DNA of 51,195 bases from Burkholderiales bacterium (GTDB lineage Bacteria > Pseudomonadota > Gammaproteobacteria > Burkholderiales > SHXO01): positions 1 to 51,195 of the forward strand of contig JBJXGQ010000406.1 in assembly GCA_046160525.1 (NCBI GenBank). Direction: 5' to 3'. Numbering within the stretch: position 1 is the first letter of the stretch; each line of letters begins with the position of its first letter. Below the pieces are notes generated by a model. It made no database searches. It saw only the letters and a program-made list of their open reading frames with translations, and had not been told where the DNA came from. The position numbers and the translations under genes are program-made. Below are positions 43,022-51,195 of the stretch, piece by piece.

Positions 43022-44314
43022 ATGCATGACGCCCAATCATCTCCCCTACGGCAAAACCTGCGCAGGTTGATATTCCTGCGCAGTTGTATCGTCTTGGCGG
43101 TTGGTGTGGCAGCCATCACGGTTCAATGGGGCCTCGCCATCGAACTCAGGATGCTCCCGGTGAGTGTCGTGGCTGCCTGCTTCGCCGTGGTGATTGCCTT
43201 GTCCTGGTGGCGCCTATCGCGTTCGTGGCCAGTCCTCGAACTCGAAATGTTGCTGCACCTGGGCATCGACGTCGCCTTTTTTTCCGCCTTGCTCTACTTC
43301 ACGGGTGGGGCGGGCAATCCCTTTGTCTCGCTCTATCTCTTGCCGGTGGTAATCGCCGCCACCACGCTACCCGCGTCCTATGCGCTGGTGCTGACCGCGC
43401 TGGCCGTCCTCGCCTATTCCTTGTTGCTGGTGTATTACGTTCCTCTCATGCCCGCAGCTCATGTGCCCGAGATTCATGTGCATGAGACGGAGGGATTTGG
43501 GCTGCACGTGGTGGGAATGTGGGTGAATTTTCTCGTGTGTGCCGCACTGGTGCTGTGGATTGTCGCGCGCATGGCGGGGGCTATTCGTGAACGCGATAAG
43601 CAGCTCTCGGATGCGCGCGAGAAAGCCATGCGCGACGATAAAGTTCTGTCCTTGGGACTCATGGCGGCCGCGGCGGCCCACGAATTGGCCACGCCTATTT
43701 CCACCATGAGCGTACTGATCGGTGAAATGGAGCAAAGCGCGCCTCCTGGCGGGATGCTGCGGGAGGATTTTCAGACGCTCAAGTACCAAGTCGGCCATTG
43801 CCGTGGCGTGATTCAGGGCCTTGCGGCCTCCGCGGGGCAAGCCCGCTCCGCCCAAGTACGCTGCCTAGGGTTGCGCCCATTCGTCGATGAGACCATCGAA
43901 CGCTGGCGGCTTCTGCGTCCCGGAGTTGCGCTCACGGCGCGTTTTGAAAACCTGGGCGCGGGCCCGCCGGTCATGGCCGACGAGACGCTATCGTCCACCT
44001 TGACCAGCCTGCTCAACAATGCGGCCGATGCATCTCCTGGGGGGATCGAGTTGGAGACGCGTTGCGACCGCGAACATGTCACATTGGAAATTCTCGACCA
44101 TGGCGAAGGGATCTCGGAAGATGTCCTGCGCCATGCCGGGCGCGCGATGATTACCACCAAGCCCGCTGGCAAGGGATGGGGGATCGGATTGCTGCTGGCC
44201 AATGCCACCATCGAGCGTCTGGGTGGTTCCATCGTATTACTCAAGCGGCCCGGGGGCGGGAGTTGTACGCGAATTACCTTGCCGCTGGTTGCATTGGCGC
44301 CGGGTGCGAAGTGA
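43022..44314 (+). CDS. regB: RegB/PrrB/ActS-family sensor histidine kinase
   Basis: TGGAGNPF quinone-site motif, H..GMW.NF, AAAAHELATP, Cys in HCRGVI, NNAADAS, GWGIGL. Confidence 0.85.
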   Translation: MHDAQSSPLRQNLRRLIFLRSCIVLAVGVAAITVQWGLAIELRMLPVSVVAACFAVVIALSWWRLSRSWPVLELEMLLHLGIDVAFFSALLYFTGGAGNPFVSLYLLPVVIAATTLPASYALVLTALAVLAYSLLLVYYVPLMPAAHVPEIHVHETEGFGLHVVGMWVNFLVCAALVLWIVARMAGAIRERDKQLSDAREKAMRDDKVLSLGLMAAAAAHELATPISTMSVLIGEMEQSAPPGGMLREDFQTLKYQVGHCRGVIQGLAASAGQARSAQVRCLGLRPFVDETIERWRLLRPGVALTARFENLGAGPPVMADETLSSTLTSLLNNAADASPGGIELETRCDREHVTLEILDHGEGISEDVLRHAGRAMITTKPAGKGWGIGLLLANATIERLGGSIVLLKRPGGGSCTRITLPLVALAPGAK

Positions 44315-44847
44315 CAGGCACGCAAACGATCCTGGTTGCCGACGATGACGCCGCCTTTCGCGATGTGCTCGCGCGGGCGCTGCGCCGCAGAGGCTACGAT
44401 GTGCTCGCTGCCTCATCCTGCGAGGAAGCCATGGCCCTGGCGCAAACGTGCAAGATCGGTGCGGCCGTGGTGGATTTGCGCATGCCCGCCGAATCCGGCC
44501 TGGCTCTCATCCCCCGGCTCAAGGAGCACGAACCCTCCATGCGAATTCTGATGCTCACCGGTTTCGCCAGCATTACGACGGCGGTGGAGGCCATCAAGTT
44601 GGGGGCGACGAATTATCTGGCGAAACCGGCGGACGCCAGCGAAATTCTCGCCGCATTGTTTAGCGAGGCCGTGCGGCCAGACATGGCTATCCCCGAGCAG
44701 CCGCTATCGGTGGAGCGCCTGGAGTGGGAGCACATTCAAAAGGTGCTGGCGGATCACGCCGGGAACATATCGGCGACCGCGCGCGCCTTGAGCATGCACC
44801 GGCGTACCTTACAACGCAAACTAGGAAAGAAGCCGGTGGCGCAATAG
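44311..44847 (+). CDS. regA: RegA/PrrA/ActR-family response regulator
   Basis: GTG overlapping the regB stop; LTGFASITTAVEAIKLGA.NYLAKPAD, WEHIQKVL, NISATARAL.MHRRTLQRKL. Confidence 0.9.
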   Translation: MTGTQTILVADDDAAFRDVLARALRRRGYDVLAASSCEEAMALAQTCKIGAAVVDLRMPAESGLALIPRLKEHEPSMRILMLTGFASITTAVEAIKLGATNYLAKPADASEILAALFSEAVRPDMAIPEQPLSVERLEWEHIQKVLADHAGNISATARALSMHRRTLQRKLGKKPVAQ

Positions 44848-44868
44848 GGTGCACGCAGCGCACCCTAT
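44844..44868. terminator. Hairpin between convergent regA and hemH
   Basis: ATAGGGTGC-acgcagc-GCACCCTAT, 9-bp stem. Confidence 0.55.
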
Positions 44869-44871
44869 CCA

Positions 44872-45963
44872 TTACTGTTTCGCGCCGAGGGCGGTTGCGC
44901 GTGCTTTGCTCGCTTGCGCGGCGGCGCGGTCCGCTTCGTTTGGCAACCAGCCTTGGAGGTTTTCCCGCAGGATATTTGCCAAGGCGTTGATCCATTGCGG
45001 GCGTTCGTTCAGGCAGGGAATGTAGTGGAACTCGCCGCCGCCGGCCTTTAGGAACGCCGCTTTATTTTCCATGGCAATTTCTTCCAAGGTCTCCAAACAA
45101 TCGGAGACGAAGCCAGGGCAGATCACGTCCAAGCGCTTGGTCTTGTCCTTGCCCAGCTTGCGCATGGTCTCGATGGTGTAGGGCTTCAACCATTCGGCCT
45201 TGCCAAAGCGCGACTGGAAGGTCACCAAGTAATTCTCGGGCTTGATGCCGGTGGCCTCGGCGATGAGGCGCGCCGTTTTCTGGCATTCGCAATGGTAGGG
45301 GTCGCCGCGTTCCAGGGAAAACTTCGGCAGCCCGTGAAAACTCATCAGCAGTTTGCTGGGCCGGCCATTGGCCAGCCAGTAATCTTGCAGGCTTTGCGCC
45401 ACGGCCTCGATATAGGCAGAATGATCGTGGAAGTGCTTCACCCAGCGTAACTCTGGCTGGTGGCGCATCTTGGACAGAGCAGCGCTTAAGGCGTCGAAGG
45501 CACTTGCGGTAGTGCTGGCGGCGTATTGAGGGTAGAGCGGCATGGCGAGCACGCGCGTGCAGCCCGCCTCTTTGAGTTTGATCAAACCCTCTTCGATGGA
45601 GGGCGTGCCGTAGCGCATGCCGTAGGCAACCAGAACGGAGGGCTTGATCGTGGCACCCAGGTTGCCCTTGATCAAACTTACTTGGCGCTCCGTATGGAAC
45701 TTGAGCGGCGAGCCATCTTTTGTCCAGACCTTGGCGTATTTCGACGCCGATTCCTTGGGCCGGGTGCGCAAGATCACGCCGTGCAAGATCATCCACCACA
45801 GGGCGCGCGGTATCTCCACCACCCTGGGGTCCCAAAGAAACTCCCTTAGATACTTGCGCACGGCGGGCACCGTGGCCGCATCGGGCGTCCCCAAGTTGAT
45901 TAATAGAACGCCTAGGCGCCCCACTTGGTCGTGCTTGAACGCCGGTTCGGATAAGAATCGCAC
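44872..45963 (-). CDS. hemH: Ferrochelatase
   Basis: GVLLINLGTP, YLREFL.DPRVVEIP, MRYG.PS, PLYPQY, SFHG.P, FQSRFG..EWL.PY, PGF.SDCLETLEE; GTG start just after the hrcA stop. Confidence 0.95.
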   Translation of the reverse strand: MRFLSEPAFKHDQVGRLGVLLINLGTPDAATVPAVRKYLREFLWDPRVVEIPRALWWMILHGVILRTRPKESASKYAKVWTKDGSPLKFHTERQVSLIKGNLGATIKPSVLVAYGMRYGTPSIEEGLIKLKEAGCTRVLAMPLYPQYAASTTASAFDALSAALSKMRHQPELRWVKHFHDHSAYIEAVAQSLQDYWLANGRPSKLLMSFHGLPKFSLERGDPYHCECQKTARLIAEATGIKPENYLVTFQSRFGKAEWLKPYTIETMRKLGKDKTKRLDVICPGFVSDCLETLEEIAMENKAAFLKAGGGEFHYIPCLNERPQWINALANILRENLQGWLPNEADRAAAQASKARATALGAKQ

Positions 45964-45965
45964 GC

Positions 45966-47018
45966 TTACTCCAGCGACCGGCCGCGCTGGCTGGCCATGG
46001 CGTTCGACAGCAGCCTGGCGGTGATCTCCACGATGGGAATCACGCGATCGTAGGCCATGCGCGTAGGCCCAATCACGCCCACGGTTCCCAGCACTTCGCC
46101 ATCCACCTGATAGGGCGCCGTGATGACCGCGCATTCGTCGAGGGGCACAAGACCGGATTCCCCCCCGATGTAAATCTGTATGCCTTGGGCGCGCCCGCCC
46201 GCATCGAGCAACTGCATGAGTCCGGTACGGTGTTCGAACAGATCGAAGAGTTTGCGCAGGCTGGTCATGTTGGACGACAAGTCCTGCACGTGCAGCAAGT
46301 TGTGCTCGCCGGACAACACATAATCCTCGCCCTTCTGGTCGAGCGCGTCGCCGCCTGCTTCCAGTGCGCTGGAGAGCAATTGGGTCATGTCGTCGCGCAA
46401 GCGCTTCAGCTCGTCCTTGAGGCGCAGCTTCATCTCCTCGAAGGTGAGGCCGGCGTAGTTTTGCGTCAGGAAGTTGCTGGCTTCCACCAGCTCCGAGGCG
46501 CTGTAGACGCGCTCGGTGAGCACTACGCGGTTTTGCACGTCCCCTTCGGAGGTCACCATGATGAGCAATATGCGCTTTTCCGCCAGGCGCAGAAATTCGA
46601 TGTGGCGCACGCGCGTGTTCTTGCGCTTGGGCGTCATCACCACGCCGGCGAACTGCGTGAGCGCGGAGAGCAAATGGGAGGCGGATTGCACCAGCCTTTG
46701 GGTGCTGTCGGGTTGCAGTTGGTGTTCAAGTTGGTTCAGGTCGGCGCGGTCGAGTGGCCGGATAGTGAGCAGGCAATCGACAAAAAGCCGGTAACCGCGC
46801 GGCGTGGGAATGCGGCCAGAGGAAGTGTGCGGGCTTGCCACGAATCCCATTTCCTCCAAATCCGCCATGGTGTTGCGGATGCTGGCGGCGCTCAGGTCCA
46901 GGCCGGAGAACTTGGACAGGGTGCGCGACCCCACGGGTTCGCCCTCGGCGATGTAGCGTTCCACCAGGGTCTTCAGGAGCGCTTGCGCGCGTTCGCTTAG
47001 GAGTGCTTTGTCATTCAT
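45966..47018 (-). CDS. hrcA: Heat-inducible transcription repressor
   Basis: [48 protein letters not shown]. Confidence 0.96.
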   Translation of the reverse strand: MNDKALLSERAQALLKTLVERYIAEGEPVGSRTLSKFSGLDLSAASIRNTMADLEEMGFVASPHTSSGRIPTPRGYRLFVDCLLTIRPLDRADLNQLEHQLQPDSTQRLVQSASHLLSALTQFAGVVMTPKRKNTRVRHIEFLRLAEKRILLIMVTSEGDVQNRVVLTERVYSASELVEASNFLTQNYAGLTFEEMKLRLKDELKRLRDDMTQLLSSALEAGGDALDQKGEDYVLSGEHNLLHVQDLSSNMTSLRKLFDLFEHRTGLMQLLDAGGRAQGIQIYIGGESGLVPLDECAVITAPYQVDGEVLGTVGVIGPTRMAYDRVIPIVEITARLLSNAMASQRGRSLE

Positions 47019-47063
47019 AATGCAAGAAATTCTACCCGTTGCGACTCAGACCGTTGCATAAAC

Positions 47064-47936
47064 ATGCCCAGTTCCTTCCAGACCATTGCCCTGATTGGAA
47101 AGTATAAGAGTCCGGAAATCGCCGGGCCCTTGTTCGAACTCGCCCAGTTTCTGCGCTCCCGTGGCGTCCGGGTCGTGGTGGACTCTCTCACCGCGGCCCA
47201 TATCGCCAACAACAACATCGAGGTGGTACCTCTGGACGAGATCGGCAAGGTGGCGGCCTTGGCCATTGTGATCGGAGGAGACGGTACCATGCTTAACATC
47301 GCCCGTGCGCTGGCTCCGCACGACGTGGCGCTGGTGGGTGTGAACCAAGGGCGGTTGGGGTTTCTCACGGACATCTCCATGGACACCATGTCGCAGACCA
47401 TCGCGGAGATCCTCGATGGCCACTTCGTCGAGGAACCCAGGATGCTGCTGGACACGCAGGTGTTGCGCGGCGAACAATCCTTGAGCCGGGTGCTCGCCTT
47501 CAACGACGCTAGCGTGAGCAAGGGTGCCGAGGGCGGCCTCATCGAGCTGGAGGTAAGGATTGACGGCCAATTCGTCTATTACCTGCGCGCCGATGGCCTG
47601 ATCGTCGCCACGCCCACGGGTTCCACCGCCTACGCGTTGTCGGCAAGCGGGCCCATCATTCATCCGGCATTGAGCGTCATCGCGCTGGTTCCCGTGTGCC
47701 CGCACGCCCTTAGCAACCGGCCCATCGTCATTTCCAGCGAGAGCGTCATCGAAATCCTCATGCACCACTGCCCGGATTCGCGCGTGCATTTCGACAGCCA
47801 CTCGCACCTCGTGCTCGAACCTGGGGACCGCATCGTCTTGCGCCGCTACGAGCGCCCCATCCGCCTGCTGCACCCGCGCGGGCACAGCTACTATCACATG
47901 CTGCGCCAGAAGCTCCACTGGAGCGAAGTGCTCTGA
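47064..47936 (+). CDS. nadK: NAD kinase
   Basis: GGDGT.L, G.N.GRLGFL, ND, DGLIVATPTGSTAY.LSA.GP, LRQKL.W. Confidence 0.96.
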   Translation: MPSSFQTIALIGKYKSPEIAGPLFELAQFLRSRGVRVVVDSLTAAHIANNNIEVVPLDEIGKVAALAIVIGGDGTMLNIARALAPHDVALVGVNQGRLGFLTDISMDTMSQTIAEILDGHFVEEPRMLLDTQVLRGEQSLSRVLAFNDASVSKGAEGGLIELEVRIDGQFVYYLRADGLIVATPTGSTAYALSASGPIIHPALSVIALVPVCPHALSNRPIVISSESVIEILMHHCPDSRVHFDSHSHLVLEPGDRIVLRRYERPIRLLHPRGHSYYHMLRQKLHWSEVL

Positions 47937-47951
47937 CCTTAGTCTAGAGGC

Positions 47952-49613
47952 ATGCTGCGCGCCCTGCACATTCGCGATTTCGTCATCGTAGACACGCTCG
48001 AACTGGAGTTCGCTGCTGGGTTTACCGTGCTCACTGGGGAGACGGGAGCAGGCAAGTCCTTGCTGGTCGATGCCTTGTCCCTGGTGCTGGGCGAGCGCAG
48101 CGACACCGCGTGGGTGCGAGAGGGAGCGCAAAAGGCGGAGATCAGCGCCGAGTTCGACCTATCCCAGCGGCCCCAGTTGCGCGAGGTGCTCAAGGCGCAA
48201 GATCTGGACGACGGTAACCAGCTCGTTTTGCGCCGGGTGCTGGAACGCGGGGGCCGCAGCCGCGCCTACGTGAATGGCAGCCCCGGCACCTTGCAGCAAC
48301 TCAAGGAAATTGGAGAATCGCTGGTGGATATCCACGGCCAGCACATGCATCAATCGCTGCTGCGGCCCCAGGCCCAGCGCACGCTGGTGGATGGTTTCGC
48401 GGGCGCCACCAAGCTCGCGGCCGAGGTGGCGCAGGCCTACCGGTCCTGGCAGGCGCTGCGCGCGGCGATGGATGATTACGAAAAGAACGCCGCGCATCTC
48501 AAGCGCGAGCGCGAGGAAGTCCAGGACCAGGTAATCGAACTCAAGCGCCTCAAAGTGAGCGCCACCGAGTGGGACGAACTGGATGCCGAGCACCGGCGCC
48601 TGGCGAATTCCGCGGGGCTTATCGAAGCCACTGAAGAGAGCTTATCCATCTTGTCCGAGGCAGAGTCCACGGTGCTGGGTTCCCTGCGGGGCGTGGCGCA
48701 CAAGCTGGAAGCGGGCGCGCAAATCGATCCCGCGCTGAAACCCTCCTTGGAACTGGTGGAGTCCGGGCAGATACAACTGCAAGAGGCCGTGCATGCACTG
48801 CGGCACTATCGCGACCGCTTGGATATCGATCCGCAACGGCTCTCCGAGGTGGAGAACCGCATTCAAGCCTTGCATAGCACCGCGCGAAAATTTCGCGTGC
48901 GGCCCGCGGAACTCGCCAGAACGCTCAAGGATCTCGAAGAGAAATTGAGCACCTTGGCCCTTGCCGGCGATGCCGAGGCGCTCGCCAAGAAGGAAGCACA
49001 AGCCGCAGAAGCTTTTACCTCCCTTGCCAAGGAGCTGAGCAAGAAGCGCGCGGCCGCCGCCCAACAACTCTCCAAGCGCGTGACCCAGCATCTCCAGCAG
49101 TTGGCCATGGCGGGCAGCGCCATCGAGGTGCGCTTGGAGGCTCTGGACGAGCCCGCCAGTCACGGGTTGGAGCGCATCGAATTTCTGGTGGCCACGCACA
49201 GCGGCGGCACACCACGAAGTTTGGGGAAGGTGGCTTCCGGCGGCGAACTCTCTCGCATCAGCTTGGCGATTCAAACCGTGACCAGCCAGGTGGCGGACGT
49301 ACCCACTTTGATTTTCGATGAAGTCGATGCGGGGATAGGCGGCGGTGTCGCGGAAATCGTGGGGCGCATGATGCGCGATCTGGGCGCCAAACGGCAGGTC
49401 ATGTGCGTGACCCATCTACCGCAGGTGGCGGCGGCCGCGAGCACGCAGTGGCGGGTGGTCAAACAAGAAACCGCGGGTGCCATCCGAAGCTTGGTTCAAA
49501 CCTTGAGCGAGGGCGAACGCGTGGAAGAAGTGGCCAGGATGCTGGGCGGCGTCAAGATCACCGAAACCACCCGCAAACACGCGGCCGAGATGATCGGTAC
49601 GATGGCGGCCTGA
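47952..49613 (+). CDS. recN: DNA repair protein RecN
   Basis: TGETGAGKS, DIHGQH, coiled coil, ASGGELSR, FDEVDAGIGG, VTHLPQVAA. Confidence 0.96.
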   Translation: MLRALHIRDFVIVDTLELEFAAGFTVLTGETGAGKSLLVDALSLVLGERSDTAWVREGAQKAEISAEFDLSQRPQLREVLKAQDLDDGNQLVLRRVLERGGRSRAYVNGSPGTLQQLKEIGESLVDIHGQHMHQSLLRPQAQRTLVDGFAGATKLAAEVAQAYRSWQALRAAMDDYEKNAAHLKREREEVQDQVIELKRLKVSATEWDELDAEHRRLANSAGLIEATEESLSILSEAESTVLGSLRGVAHKLEAGAQIDPALKPSLELVESGQIQLQEAVHALRHYRDRLDIDPQRLSEVENRIQALHSTARKFRVRPAELARTLKDLEEKLSTLALAGDAEALAKKEAQAAEAFTSLAKELSKKRAAAAQQLSKRVTQHLQQLAMAGSAIEVRLEALDEPASHGLERIEFLVATHSGGTPRSLGKVASGGELSRISLAIQTVTSQVADVPTLIFDEVDAGIGGGVAEIVGRMMRDLGAKRQVMCVTHLPQVAAAASTQWRVVKQETAGAIRSLVQTLSEGERVEEVARMLGGVKITETTRKHAAEMIGTMAA

Positions 49614-49617
49614 TGAA

Positions 49618-50049
49618 TCAGCCCTTGCGGCGGGAGCAATCGGTTTTGGTACACGTCGCGAAGATTTGCAGCGAGTGTTCCTGGATGGCGAATCCGCGGT
49701 CCTTGGCGACCTTGGTCTGGCGCTTTTCGATTTCCGGGTCGAAAAATTCCTCCACGTGGCCGCACTGCACGCACACGAGGTGATCGTGGTGCCCGCCCTC
49801 GTTCAACTCGAAGACGGCCTTGCCCGCCTCGAAGTGATGGCGGATGAGGATGCCCGCGTGCTCGAACTGGGTAAGTACCCGGTAGATCGTGGCCAAGCCG
49901 ATGTCCATGTCTTCCTTCAACATCAGCTTGTAAACGTCTTCCGCCGTCATGTGGCGGGTGGCTGAACCCTCGAACAGATCGAGGATCTTTAGCCGGGGGA
50001 GGGTGGCCTTCAGGCCGCTGGTCTTCAAATCGTGGGGAGGTTTGCTCAT
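49618..50049 (-). CDS. fur: Ferric uptake regulator
   Basis: [38 protein letters not shown]. Confidence 0.96.
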   Translation of the reverse strand: MSKPPHDLKTSGLKATLPRLKILDLFEGSATRHMTAEDVYKLMLKEDMDIGLATIYRVLTQFEHAGILIRHHFEAGKAVFELNEGGHHDHLVCVQCGHVEEFFDPEIEKRQTKVAKDRGFAIQEHSLQIFATCTKTDCSRRKG

Positions 50050-50162
50050 GGAAGCGAAATTCGGCGCGGGGGCGATTGGGTATCATAATGGGTTCTTCGC
50101 ACAAATGCTCGCGAGATGAATTCGCGCGCCGCCGTGCTCAACTCTTTTCTTGGCATCATTCC

Positions 50163-51195
<1,033 letters not shown>

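Noticed and set aside
44062-44310. regA N-terminal extension
   Set aside because: Overlaps regB; GTG at 44311 is coupled to the regB stop
45964-46134. hemH N-terminal extension to 46134
   Set aside because: Overlaps hrcA; GTG at 45963 gives a normal-length ferrochelatase
47019-47063. CIRCE element near hrcA
   Set aside because: No TTAGCACTC-N9-GAGTGCTAA inverted repeat seen
50050-50162. Fur box in the fur-bamE intergenic region
   Set aside because: Only a partial TATCATAAT match, more like a -10 element

Overview
High-GC bacterial chromosome segment, probably betaproteobacterial: the hemH-hrcA / nadK-recN / fur / bamE-dapB backbone at the right end is typical of that group. It has four blocks. 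(1) 0.1-16.9 kb is accessory: a decayed Pnkp RNA-repair remnant, then a six-gene minus-strand glycosylation-type operon (polyprenyl-P GT2, an unusual GT4::membrane-fusion-protein fusion, a flippase-like protein, a TM-TPR protein, a large GT-C/PMT-like transferase with beta-sandwich domains, a GH115-like protein). Divergent from it are a TPR protein and a secreted purple-acid-phosphatase with six Ser/Thr-rich Calx-beta repeats. (2) 16.9-30.7 kb and 39.5-41.8 kb form a methylamine N-methylglutamate pathway cluster (gmaS, mgdABCD, mgsA, fused mgsBC, an extra GltD-like::degenerate-FMN-barrel protein, an XRE-cupin regulator, a permease and small membrane proteins), with two sigma54-like promoters. 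(3) 31-39.5 kb is an intervening amide module: a formamidase with an apparent Tat signal, fmdB, a LuxR regulator, a permease-domain histidine kinase, a REC-degenerate EAL protein and a 3-methyladenine glycosylase. (4) 41.9-51.2 kb holds a His-rich outer-membrane protein with a RegR box, regBA and core genes. No rRNA, tRNA, CRISPR array or transposase was recognised. All family calls come from motif recognition by eye, not database searches.
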